Shown here one piece after another: positions 37,677-49,629 of a stretch of 64,000 bases of DNA (positions are counted from its first letter, which is position 1; the number at the start of each line of letters is the position of its first letter). Under the pieces are notes generated by a model that searched no databases, was not told the origin of the DNA, and was given only the letters and a program-made list of their open reading frames with translations. A program made the translations under genes and the position numbers. Source of the stretch: Octopus vulgaris (taxonomy: Eukaryota); NCBI GenBank assembly GCA_951406725.2, contig OX597832.1, positions 51,646,001 to 51,710,000 on the forward strand. Reading direction: 5' to 3'.

Positions 37677-38952
37677 GTTGTCAAGAAAGTTCTTGGGATT
37701 TTTAACCTTTAAATTCAGATGTGCAATCTCGGCTCAAACGAAACTTTATAAATCGAAATAAACACAATCAGAATCAACACACTTTTGCCAACGCGAAACA
37801 AGTTTATTTATGCCAGTAGCGTAAAAATCCTGTGTTCTGCTGGCGATGAAGTCGTTGAAGGCGTGTTTGGCATTGTCTTGATTTTTGAAGCATTTCTCAA
37901 GCAGGAAGTTGTCAAGATGCTTGAAAAAGTGGTAGTCGGTAGGCAAGAGGTCTAGTGAGTATGGTGGATGAGGCAGAGTTTCGTAGCCCAATTCGTTCAA
38001 CTTCTGCAGGGTCAGTTGTGTGACGTGCGGCTGAGCATTGTTGTGGAGAATTGATCCTTTTCCATTGACCAATGCTGGCTGTTGTTGTCGGAGTTTCTTA
38101 TGCATTTCATCCATTTGCTGACAGTACTTCTCTGCCATAATGGTTTCACCTGGATCCCAAAAGCTGTGATGGATGAGACCGGCCGCAGACCACCAAACAG
38201 TCACCATGACCTTCTTTTGGTGCAACTTTGGCTTCGGGAAGTGCCGTGGAGCTTTGTCGGCATCCAACCACTGAGCTGAGCATTGCTGGTTGCCGTAAAG
38301 AATCCACTTTTCATCGCAAGTCACAATCCAGTCGAGAAACGGGTCATTCTTGTTGCATATGAGAAGGGAAGACAACACTTCAGAACGGCATTTTTTTTTG
38401 GTTGTCATTCAATTCGTGTGACACCCATTTCTCAAGTATTTTTGTTTTTCCTGTCTCTTTCAAGTGGTTGGAAATTGTTGTATACATTACATCTAATTCA
38501 AAAGCAATCCCTTGAACAGTTGTGCATGAATTGGCTTTCACTAAGGCTCTTAGTTGATCGGTGTCAACATCCGATGGCTGAGCACTACGCTTATCATCTT
38601 CAAGACTCTCGTCACTGCTACAAAATTTCTTGAACCACCATTGTGCTGTACGTTCATTAGTGGTTCCTGGGCCAAATGCATCATTGATAGCGCTGTTTCA
38701 GCAGCTTTTTGGCCTAGCTTGAACTGGAATAAGAAAATTGTGCGAATTTGCTTTTTGTCCATGTTGTATTCAACATGGACGGAAAAAATGGCCTAATTAT
38801 TCAAAAAGCAAAAGAGTAACATGATTAGATAGAGCACAAAACGGGCTTTAAAATGATATATAAAGTCAAAGTAATTTAATGAAAATTAATTTGAAAATAT
38901 ATCATTTAAAACCAAAATTTAAAATTCCACAAGCACTTTCTTGATAACCCAA
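37673..38952 (-). mobile_element. Full-length (1280 bp) mariner, cecropia/Hsmar1-like; transposase frameshifted
   Basis: TA-flanked TIRs ttaggttgtcaagaaagt and actttcttgataacccaa. Protein motifs [36 protein letters not shown] (second catalytic D is N) and [16 protein letters not shown]. Confidence 0.95.
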
Positions 38953-38970
38953 TATATATAAATATCAGTT

Positions 38971-39002
<32 letters not shown>

Positions 39003-39542
39003 CAGCTACATATATATAAATACTCACACACTTACATACAGAGAGAGAGAGAGAGTGCAAAGTAGGCCATGTGCTGATCATGTGAATAGTCAGTCAAGTA
39101 GGACAGGAAGGTATTGTAGTATTATCATTGTCAACTCCACAACTACAAGGACAAAGGAAACACATGAGAGAGAGAGAGAGGGGGACATAGGAGGAGGTAG
39201 AGTAGGAGGAGGGGGAAATAAAGAGGTTTTCAGTCTGACCAGATTATAAAATTTATTCTTTTCTACTCTATGCACAAGGCCCAAAATTTTTGGAGAGCGG
39301 GGATAGTCGATTGGATCGACCCGAGTACTTAACTGGTACTTAATTTATTGACCCTGAGGTTATAGAATTTATTGAAAGCGTTATAGCTAAGCTGATTAGA
39401 CAAGGATTCTTGAAGGCTAGAAATGAAGCTAGCAGGACCTGCTGGATGCGTAATGTCAGTGCACAAGAACGATGGGATACAAATGGGAAGAGTGAAAACC
39501 TGGGTATTAGGGGTATCAGATACAGTGTGCAAATGAGAAGGA

Positions 39543-40090
39543 TGTGCTGGTTTCGTCTGTCGTTACGTTCTGAGTTCAAATTCTGCCGAGGTTGAATTTG
39601 CTTTTCATCCTTTTGGGGGGTCGATAAATTAAGTACTAGTTACGCACTGGGGTCAATGTAGTCGGCTTAATCCGTTTGTCTGTCCTTGTTTGTCCTCCCT
39701 GTGTTTAGCCCCTTGTGGGTAGTAAAGAAATAGATATTTCATCTGTCGTCACGTTCTGAGTTCAAATTCCGCCAATGTCGAATTTGCCTTTCATCCTTTC
39801 GGGGTTGATAAATTACGTACCAGTTATGCACTGGGGTCGATATAATCGACTTAATCCATTTGTCTGTCCTTGTTTGTCCTCTCTGTGTTTAGCCCCTTGT
39901 GGGTAGTAAAGAAATGGGTATTTCGTCTGTCGTTACGTTCTGAGTTCAAATTCCGCCGAGGTCGAATTTGCCTTTCATCCTTTCGGGGTTGATAAATTAA
40001 GTACCAGTTACGCACTGGGGTCAATGTAGTCGGCTTAATCCATTTGTCTGTCCTTGTTTGTCCCCTTGTGTGTAGTAAAGAAATAGGTAT
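39543..40090 (+). repeat. Three tandem ~180-bp units of family B SINE
   Basis: Units start near 39550, 39735 and 39918 at (g)tatttcgtctgtcgttacgttctgagttc. Confidence 0.9.
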
Positions 40091-40364
40091 TGGGCATTTA
40101 ATTCACATGGAGGATGACAACTGCATAAAGTAGTGCCAGGTACTAAAAGTAAAAAAGGGAGGCCTAAGAAGAAATGAGATGGGTGAAGTGAAGGCCGACT
40201 TGAGAATACTGAGTCTTACAAAGGAGATGATAACTGGCCATGACGTTTGTCATCCTGTAAGCGCAATGCTGGAGAGAGAGAGAGAGAGAGAGGGAGACCA
40301 ACCTGTGATAGCATCATAGTAGGAATGGGGACTAAGAGATATGTAGATCTCTAATCCAATATGA

Positions 40365-40756
40365 CACTCTTTTACTTGTTTCAGTCATTTGACTATGGCC
40401 ATGCTGGAGCACCGCCTTCAGTTGAGCAAATCAACCCCGGGACTTATTCTTTGTAAGCCCAGTACTTATTCTATCGGTCTCTTTTGCTGAACCGCTAACT
40501 GACGGAGACGTAAACACACGACCATTGGTTGTCAAGCAATGTTGGGGGGGGGGTGACAAACACACATATATATTTATACATATACATATATACGACAGGC
40601 TTCTTTCAGTTTCCGTCTACCAAATCCACTCACAAGACATTGGTCGGCCCGAGGCTATAGCAGAAGACACTTGCCCAAGATGCCACACAGTGGGACTGAA
40701 CCCAGAACCATGTGGTTGGTAAGCAAGCTACTTACCACACAGCCACTCCTGTGCCT
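40365..40756 (-). mobile_element. Family A SINE
   Basis: Full-length match. Confidence 0.88.
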
Positions 40757-42048
40757 ATGTTAAACTTCCATATTCTTCACCTCATTACCTTTTTGATACT
40801 TTCTCCTTTCTGTTATGACTTATCTCTCCATCATTCATATGCTTCATCACAAGCATTAACCTCTATCAGTCATTCATGCCGCCTTTCCTCTTTCCTATTC
40901 TTTGTACCATACTGCCTGTGCAACAAGGGTGGAAGTGAATTTTTTCCTATACAATTATTCTACTTTCAATTGCAGCATGGAAGGTGTTTGTAAGCCATTC
41001 AAGAAACACACAAAAGCCATTCGATTCACTTCAACATTTAAGTTTAATTTGTCAAAATATTTTCGTCGCTTTAAGACCGCGATCTGTTCACTGACAAAAA
41101 TCCGTGCTGCTTTGATAAAACTGAGTAAAATAATATTAATTATATAAAATAATATTAATTATAAAAATAATAATAATAATTGTAAAAATAAAAATAATAA
41201 TATTTTTTCTAATTTTAGTACAAGGTCAGCAACTTTTTAGAGGATGCAGAATTTGAGTACATCAACTCAATTGGTACTTATGTGCTCAATTGGTACTTTT
41301 GTGAGCAAACCTGAAAGGATGACAGCTGATTCAGAATAATGTAAAGAGTTGCAAGAAATGCTTTACCGATTCTGCTAGTTCAGTGTCATGCTAATGGCAC
41401 CCGTGTCACTGGCACATGAAAGCACTCTCGGAGTGGTTGTCATTCAGGAAGGGCATCCAGCTGTAGAAACCCTGCCATTTCAGACTGGAATCTGGTGCAG
41501 CCTTCCAGCTTGCCAGCCCTGGTCAAACTGTACAACCCATGCTAGCATGGGCAATGGACATTAAATGATGATGCTGATGATACTGTACCATGCTGTTTGC
41601 ACAACTAGAAATAGCAGTGAATCTGGGCAGCCTTCTCTTTCATTTACTGAGTTGTGTGATGAAGAACTGCATGGGCCCTGTGTATATTCTACCACCATGC
41701 TTATCATTCTTCTTCTCTCCAACATTAAAATGTCTACGTATGAAGGGCAGTCATTGGATCTTATTCATACTAAATTCACCCTACCATACCCTTCCTGTAC
41801 TGGTAGTTGTGACTCCCTCCTCATTTCAAGTCGCTTGTTATTACACTCCCTCATGAGAGCAAATGTGTCGCTTCCATCACTTTCTCTCTTCCATTACCCC
41901 CTCCAGCAATGTTACTTCTCTATTATTCCCTCCTCTAATCACCCTCTCACTCTAATCACTCTGTTTCACCCATCACACTCTCATTCCCTTCACTCACTCA
42001 CCCTGGTTCTTCTGTTAATGGGCTCTTTTCAATCCATGTTCATGGTTC

Positions 42049-42188
42049 TAGAAGAAATGAGATACTCAGAAATCTGGATAGTTTTATATTTACAGATATT
42101 TATTAGTATGTTACGTGTTTTTATAACATACAAATAAATATCTGTAAATATAAAACCATCCAGATTTCTGAGTACATCATTTTTTCTA
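42049..42188. repeat. 140-bp near-perfect hairpin (palindromic MITE-like)
   Basis: ~65-bp arms (tagaagaaatgagatactcagaaatctggat... and ...atccagatttctgagtacatcatttttcta) with a ~10-nt loop. Confidence 0.9.
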
Positions 42189-42227
42189 ATATATAATACC
42201 TGTACATCATTTCCAAACCTTCTAATG

Positions 42228-42273
<46 letters not shown>

Positions 42274-42531
42274 CTCATCGTTTAACGCCCGTTTTCCAAG
42301 TTAGCATGGGTTGGACGGTTTGACCAGGGATCTGGGAAGCCAGAAGGCTGCACCAGGCTCCAGTCTGATCTGGAAGTGTTTCTACAGCTGGATGCCCTTC
42401 CTAACGCCAACCACTCCATGAGTGTAGTGGGTGCTTTTTACGTGCCACCGGCACAGGGATCACAACTGCAGTTTCCATTGATTTTGATGTTGGTGTACTT
42501 GACTCAATGGATCTCCTCAAGCACAGGGTCG

Positions 42532-42570
<39 letters not shown>

Positions 42571-42575
<5 letters not shown>

Positions 42576-45400
42576 TAGACATGGGCGATTGTTGTATTCT
42601 TTCTTGTCTTGAGGTTCACAGCCAAACGGGTGGGTGGATTTGCGTGAAAAATGGCACACATGTGGAGACAGGTGCATAGATTGGAATGCAATTTGTATTT
42701 TTTTTCCTAGCCCCCATAGTTACCGAGAAAATCAATGAAAACTTTTCTAATGGAATTCCCATGCCAACATACATAACCACTCTCTCTCTCCTTTCCTCTG
42801 TCAGTCACTCACACATTCACTCACTACAAAAGTGAATAACAAAATTTCAGTTCACTCTCTCTCGGCCATAATAGATACATACATCTATGTATACATATAT
42901 ACTTACATACATACATACATACATAACAATCTGCGTGCATGTGTGTGTGTCACTGAAGCCATTCATACATACATAACCTCTCTCTCTCTCTTTTACTCTG
43001 TCAATACTCACACATTCACTCACTACAAAAAGTGAATAAAAAATTTCAGTTATCTCTCTCTCTCTTTTCACACACGCTAACAATAGCAATTCACATATAC
43101 ACCACACATTCTGTCTCACACACCCCATCAAACACACACACACACATACACTCTCTCTCTCTCATTCTCACACACACACATCAATTCTTCCGCTTCATGC
43201 CAACTTCAAAAGAACTTCACTCATACAATCACTATCTCTCTGTGTCTTTTGCTTTCACACCAACTTCAAAAGATCCCCTTTCCACCCAACCCTATATTAC
43301 AAAAATAAAAATTTCTTATGGAGAAGGGCTCCTGACTCCTTTTACTGCAGGCGAAGGAGTAAAAAACGAAGATATTTTCACTTGTCCGGACATTGCTATT
43401 ACAGACAAATTAACAACAATTTGACTCGAGAGATAAACACAAACTACCTCATGCTGACTGCAAAAATCCTGCCAAATTAGCCGGAATAATACACACATCC
43501 ATTTCATATATCTTCTTTCAATTTCTGCTCTTTGATTACAAAGACGTCCAATACAATAGCTCTCACCTACATTTTGTTCTCTAAAAAGGTACGTGTCTAT
43601 TTTTTCTATAAGCGTATAACAATGACTTATTTCATACTTCTCCACTTAGCTTTTATCTCCACTTTTCTTCAACTGGATACGTCTGCTGTTAAATTGCAGA
43701 ACTTTGGCAGTACAGTTAAAAATCATTTCTGCTTTACTTCTTACATACAATTTCCCCGTAAATTCTTACAGCTTCATTTTTTGGTGATGATTGAAATGTC
43801 AAACATTTTCTAACTGTTAAGCAATTCTTAACATCAACTTCTTAATGCCTCTTCTATTTTTTTCCTAGCCTCCATACTTAGTAAGAAAATCAATTAAAAC
43901 TCTTTGTTCTGCCATTAAAACAACCAGTTATTCACACAGCTGCCATATACTATTCCGCTAGCAACAAGGGGACTACAGGATGACAGTCAGCCAAAACTTT
44001 CCCTATGCTATCTCTCTTCTTTCACCTCTTTGTGGGGTTAATTATCTTCATCTTTAGTTACAGTTTCTCATTAAAACTACATAATATGCAGAATTGTCGG
44101 ATTAATACAGTAGGGTGTTTTGAGGGAGATTTGGCTGCTATTTCTACCAGGTCTACCAACCATGTAGAGGTCTGAACTTGATTTTCATTCACAGATTTGC
44201 ATTTCAAAAATTTCCCACTGAGACTACGTACAAATTCTTTGTTCACAACTCCTGAAGTTGTTTTCTGCGAAGATATTTTCATTTGTCCGAGCATTGCTAT
44301 TAGACAAATTAACAACAATTCAACTCAAGAGATAAACTCAGTTGCTCACACAGCCGGCATATACCATTTCGCTAGGAACAAGGGGACTACAGGATGACAG
44401 TCAGCCAATACCTTATGCCTAACTAAAAACGATAGGCGATCTCTTATCATTTAGCTTCATGCTTATTCACTATTGTCCTTCAAAGCTGCATGCTTTTTTT
44501 TAGAAACATTTCATTACTTTTTTTCTTATTTATCATTATACATTTCCACCTATAATAAAAGATAAAGATTAATACTTCGTTCAAAAACCTTAAAGTTTCC
44601 CTTTCAGACACGGGTTCAAGTTTCAAAAAAACTATACTTTCGCTACACTTACTATTTGCTTCTTTAAAAAATCTCATGACTTTTGCCTTAGTAAAAACCA
44701 TCTTTACAGATAATGCCTAACCAAAAACAATCAATGCTCTGTTCCAAAAGGAATGCCCTCCTAAAACAGCGAAAAAGTGAGTTGTGTTCACAGGTACGTT
44801 TTTCAACCTTCATATCATTTCGATTTTGCTTCCACACATTCTCCTGTATCCCATTTCAATATTGCACTTTCATATATGTCCTCTACTATTCCTTTCAGGA
44901 AACACCAGAAGCAAGAGAGGCCCGTCTTGCTGCACAGCGTAGTCATGATCAACGCTCACTACTTGACGAGCCTGTTGAAGCAAGGCAGGCCCATCTTGCT
45001 TCCATGCATATTTGAAATCAGCGCTCATTCTTTGAGGAGTTGGCAGAAACAAGACAGGCCCGTCTTGCTGCCCTGGATGTTTCAATAATGTGTATCGGCA
45101 CGTGGATGATAATCAAAAAATTATACTCCCGCGTTCTGCAGGCAACCGTCTTGAATGGACCAGCCACTGTTATAGACACATATCATATCTCTCCGACTAA
45201 CTGCATATTAATGAAAATAGAAAGATTCCAACCTCAGTTACAGATTAGATATTTGAAAAAACTTACTAGAGTTTCACAGACAATTCCAGAATATGGCGCA
45301 TGGTTGCTATTTTCTCCTCCAATTGTATCAGGATAATGGTACTCAGCAGAATTAATTCTAGGATCCTAAATAGATATTAAACAAAGTGTATACAAATTTA
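42571..45400 (+). mobile_element. Internally deleted Helitron remnant with N-terminal repeats and a helicase fragment
   Basis: ETPEAREARLA/EARQAHLA/ETRQARLA repeats (44899-45075) and IKKLYSRVLQATVLNGP (Pif1-like). Internal duplications at 43369/44269 and 43933/44346. The 3' end was not found. Confidence 0.55.
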
Positions 45401-45423
45401 TGCAAGAATTACAAATTTATGCA

Positions 45424-45472
<49 letters not shown>

Positions 45473-45477
45473 ATGTT

Positions 45478-46035
45478 ATGTCAGGTCACTTTCAAGTGCT
45501 ACTGGTAACATGTAACCCAGTACTACCTGTTGCATGGTCGGGTCGTCGGCGACTAAACCGGCAAACCCACCAAGCTCGCTTGGTGAGGAGGGTGCTTATT
45601 GGTCACACTGCGGGATGGAAAACAAAACCCGTCAAAGGGTGGAGGAATTCTTGAGAGTCAACGGCCATCCAATAAATGTCTTAAGGTTGTATTATGCGCG
45701 GGGACATAGAAATAATCGGACTGAATACCCGATCGCGCGGTTAAACCATTGGGAGTGAAGGACTCCTAGCCCTTGTTAGGGCATCCTTCTAGGAGAAGGT
45801 AACTCAGGTAACTGGGATAACTCCGACATAAAACCTGCGGCTCAGTGGTTACCGATGATGTTGACTTGTTCTTCTTTTCGGATTATGGCTGCTGTTGCTT
45901 AGTGAGTGGGATTGACTCAGTTCATAGCCTTTCCTCACTTAAAAAAATATCTTCTTGCACAGGCATTGCACAATAACAACATTGATTAAGCTTCGTGCAA
46001 TGGCCATACTCGATAACGAGGGGACAGCCACCATG
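45478..46035 (+). mobile_element. Bipartite non-autonomous RTE derivative (5'UTR fused to 3' end)
   Basis: CpG-rich with no ORF; RTE-5'-like ctaggagaaggtaactc...aaacc and RTE-3'-like ggccatactcgataacgaggggacagcc; flanked by (ATGT)n. Confidence 0.55.
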
Positions 46036-46337
46036 TATATATGTGTGTATGTATGTATGCATTCATGCAGTGGCGGACTGGTCAGGTTGCGAACTTGCCT
46101 GATGGCAACCATATATGGGGGATGGGGAATGTGAAAAATACTTTGGTTTCAAAGAAAATATCTGAAGTCTTAGAGAAAGAATAAAAATTTTAAAAAATAA
46201 ATAAAACAATTAAGCAAAGCAGTTGGTCAAAGAATTCCCAAAGGAATTAGTAGAGATAAAAATTTATGATACCGCTGACAGCTGGTCAGTGGTGATAAAG
46301 TGTAGCGAAATTTATATGCATATTAATGCATTTATAC

Positions 46338-46516
46338 ATGGCTGTGTGGTAAGTAGCTTGTTTATCAACCACATTGTTCTGGGTTCAGTCCCACTGCGTG
46401 GTACCTTGGGCAAGTTTCTTCTACTATAGCCTTGAGCAAGTGTCTTCTACTATAGCCTTGGGCTGACCAAAGCCTTGTGAGTGGATTTGGTAGATGGTAA
46501 CTGAAAAAGTCTGTCG

Positions 46517-46573
<57 letters not shown>

Positions 46574-46680
46574 TTGTTTGTGTCTGTTTGTCTCCCCACC
46601 ATCACTTGACAACCGATGCTGGTGTGTTTACATCCCCATCACTTAGCGGTTCAGCAAAAAAGACTGATAGAATAAGGGGT
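46338..46680 (+). mobile_element. Family A SINE (rearranged)
   Basis: Head and core match, with a 23-bp internal duplication. Confidence 0.8.
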
Positions 46681-47143
46681 TGATTTGTTCTACTGCATCA
46701 TCTTTAGGAATAAAAATTGGTCAGCATAATTGTTGAAGTTGAGAGAATTTTGAAAAACAGTCATGTGACAGGTACTTTTCTTTCAAGAAATATTTCAGCT
46801 TCAACCTGATTGCAATCGAGGATGTTAATTAAATATGTGGATAATTTTTGGTGTTTAACAATTAATATTCTTTTCTCTGTTAGATTCCATATCTATTTTT
46901 TTCCCACACTAATGTCTAATTTGATAATTTTCCATTCTCAAAAAGAGAAAAAAAATGATGTCTAAATTGGGGCAAAATGAGTAATAACTAATTTCAATAA
47001 TAGCAGTTTCAGATCAGATTTTCTGTTTTGACGGTGATTACTTTTTCACCACAGTCTAATTCTTTCAGTATATCCAACCAGGACAGAGATTAAATGATGA
47101 TGATGATGCTGATGATGATGATGATTATAGGAAACAAATTTAC

Positions 47144-47189
47144 CACTTTCGCGTATTCAATACTAATTTGCTTCTTATATTTGTTGTAT
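47144..47189 (-). CDS. Receptor juxtamembrane exon (Box1 position)
   Basis: Acceptor atttatttcag|A, donor GTG|gtaaat; 46 nt, phase 2 to 0. Translates (R)YNKYKKQISIEYAKV and bridges the phase-2 TM exon to the phase-0 last exon. Confidence 0.8.
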
Positions 47190-47744
47190 CTGAAATAAAT
47201 CAACAAAAATTAAAACATTTAGAAATTGGGTGGCATTAAAATCTTGAAAAGGCATCATAACGATGTCACATAAATAATATCGTCAACTTGGGAAATAATG
47301 GTATAACAGCATCTGAAATAATGGAACTTCTTCCCTCACCTCCCAGCTCAAGGTACACTTGGAAAATCTTGTATAGAATTCCATGTTAATTAAGTGCAAT
47401 GTTATTGTCAGTCTGAATCTGCTTGATGTACGGTTGAACTGGGAAACAAGCTAATCACTGCGTTTTGTCATAGAGAATATATCGCTTGTTGAGAAATGGT
47501 GTGTATACACCGAGATTAGCTTGCAGTGCCACCTACCTAGACTGGCTGAATTGTTAACATGTCAGACAAATGCTTAGCGCATTTAGCAACATTTTTGTCG
47601 GTCTTCACATTCTGCTGGGATCGACTTTGCCGTTCATCCTTTTGAGGTGAATAAAATAAGTCCCAGTTTAACACCGGTGGTCTATGTAATTGACCTACTC
47701 CACCCCCCGAAATTGCTGGCCTTGTGCCAAAATTTGAAATTTAT

Positions 47745-48156
47745 ATTATTATTATTTTATGTTTGACTTTTGCTTTACATTTGTACAAGTTGGCTCCAAG
47801 TCTCACCCAGAGACTTCAAGAGACAACAAGCTGGAAGTTCATGTTGGTGTTATGCCTAGGGTGCTATATATTTGGTTTTGTACTTAGTGTTGTACTAGTG
47901 AATGTTTAAGAAACCATAGAACATATTTTGCGTAGGATATGAGCAATTCCCATGAGCACTAACTTTTGAATTTCTACCATTTTCGGGTTTCCTAGTATTT
48001 GACTAGGTAGCAATCAGCCCCTTTTGCTATCATTCCCAGGGCACCTATGACAACAGGTATTATTTTAGTCTTTAGGTTCCACATTTTGCTAATTTCTATT
48101 TCTAGATCAGTTTTTGGTAGGTCTTGACAGATACGTTTATATCGATTGGGACAATC

Positions 48157-48158
<2 letters not shown>
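47745..48158 (-). mobile_element. R4/Dong-like RLE retrotransposon 3' fragment
   Basis: Translates DLEIEISKMWNLKTKIIPVVIGALGMI...EIQK.VLMG.AHILRK. Confidence 0.75.
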
Positions 48159-48211
<53 letters not shown>

Positions 48212-48311
48212 CAATTGGTTAACGATTCAACTAATTAACCAGCCGATTGTTTGATTAATATATGTTTTTATGTGCGTGTTCATGAAAAAGAAACAAAGAT
48301 AGATTACTTAC

Positions 48312-48399
48312 CTGGAATAATATTGTTTCAGGCATAGAAATATTGCCAGTATTACAGACAGTAATACAGGTACAATTATTGCAACCAGATTTACAAATT
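48312..48399 (-). CDS. Receptor transmembrane exon
   Basis: Acceptor tttttcatag|AA, donor CCAG|gtaagt; 88 nt, phase 1 to 2. Translates EFVNLVAIIVPVLLSVILAIFLCLKQYYS: a hydrophobic helix followed by a basic residue. Confidence 0.92.
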
Positions 48400-49080
48400 C
48401 TATGAAAAAAAAAAAAAGCAGTATTTTTTATATGCACTATTGTTATCATCATAATCTCCGTCATCATTATCATCATCATCACCAACATCATTATCATCAT
48501 CACCACCACCATCATGATGACCAAAATTTGGGTATTTTATCAGAATTTTTCAATTACATTTATATTCTTTATTCTGATATTTTTGTAATAAGAGGAAACT
48601 CAGGTTTTCTTAGCAGTTGTAAACTGTTTTAAGTTTTTCGCATAAGAATTTCTGGCTAACTCGCTTGCTAATATCATTATCTCAGAATTTAGGTTAGATA
48701 TAAATAAATACACCATGGTATCTATCAATAAACCAGGTGAACTGGGCCACTTCAGTTAAAAATATCTTGACCTTGAACATTATATAATAGTGTGGATATT
48801 AGTCTTGTACATTATGCAATAGGAGTGACTGTCCAGCATAGGTTTTATGCAGTCTCATATGCTACTGAACGTCTCACTGTCATTTCATACATTTTAATAG
48901 GAATGTAACATATGAATAATTGATAGCTGTAGTACAAGCCTGTATTTGTGCAAAGTTTTATACTTATATCATTCAAATTATTATCAATGTAGGCGCAAGA
49001 GTGGCTGTGTGGTAAGTAGCTTGCTTACCAACCACATGGTTCTGGGTTCAGTCCCACTGCGTGACACCTTAGGGAAGTGT

Positions 49081-49382
49081 GGAGGCACATGGCCTAGTGG
49101 TTAGAGCAGCGGATTCGCGGTCAAGGGATCGCGGGTTTGAATCTCAGACCGGGCGATGTGTGTGTTTATGAGCGAAACACCTAAGCCCCACGCGGCTCTG
49201 GCAGCGGGTAATGGTGAACTTCTGCTGACTCTTTCGCTACAACTTTCTCTCACTCTTTCCTCCTGCATCTTGCAGCTCACCTATGACAGACCAGCGTCCC
49301 ATCCAAGTGGAGAACCTATACGCCAAGGAAACCGGGAAACCGGCCCTTATGAGCCAGGCATGGCTCGAGAAGGAACAAAAAA
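49081..49382 (+). mobile_element. Family C SINE inserted in a family A SINE (48991-49490)
   Basis: 15-bp TSD accttagg(g/c)aagtgt at 49066-49080 and 49383-49397; A-rich tail. Confidence 0.9.
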
Positions 49383-49540
49383 ACCTTAGGCAAGTGTCTT
49401 CTACTATAGCCTCAGGCCGACTAAAGCCTTGTGAGTGGATTTGGTAGACGGAAACTGAAAGAAGCCCGTCATATATATGTGTATATATATATAGTAATAC
49501 CAGCGATTATAATTATTTTTATTTTATCGCAATTTGATTT

Positions 49541-49615
<75 letters not shown>

Positions 49616-49629
49616 TTGAAAAAGGCAAA

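Noticed and set aside
49081-49155. tRNA gene-like A/B-box sequences (also 388, 7445, 18603, 30120-30193)
   Set aside because: SINE heads that continue into SINE bodies; no complete cloverleaf or terminator.
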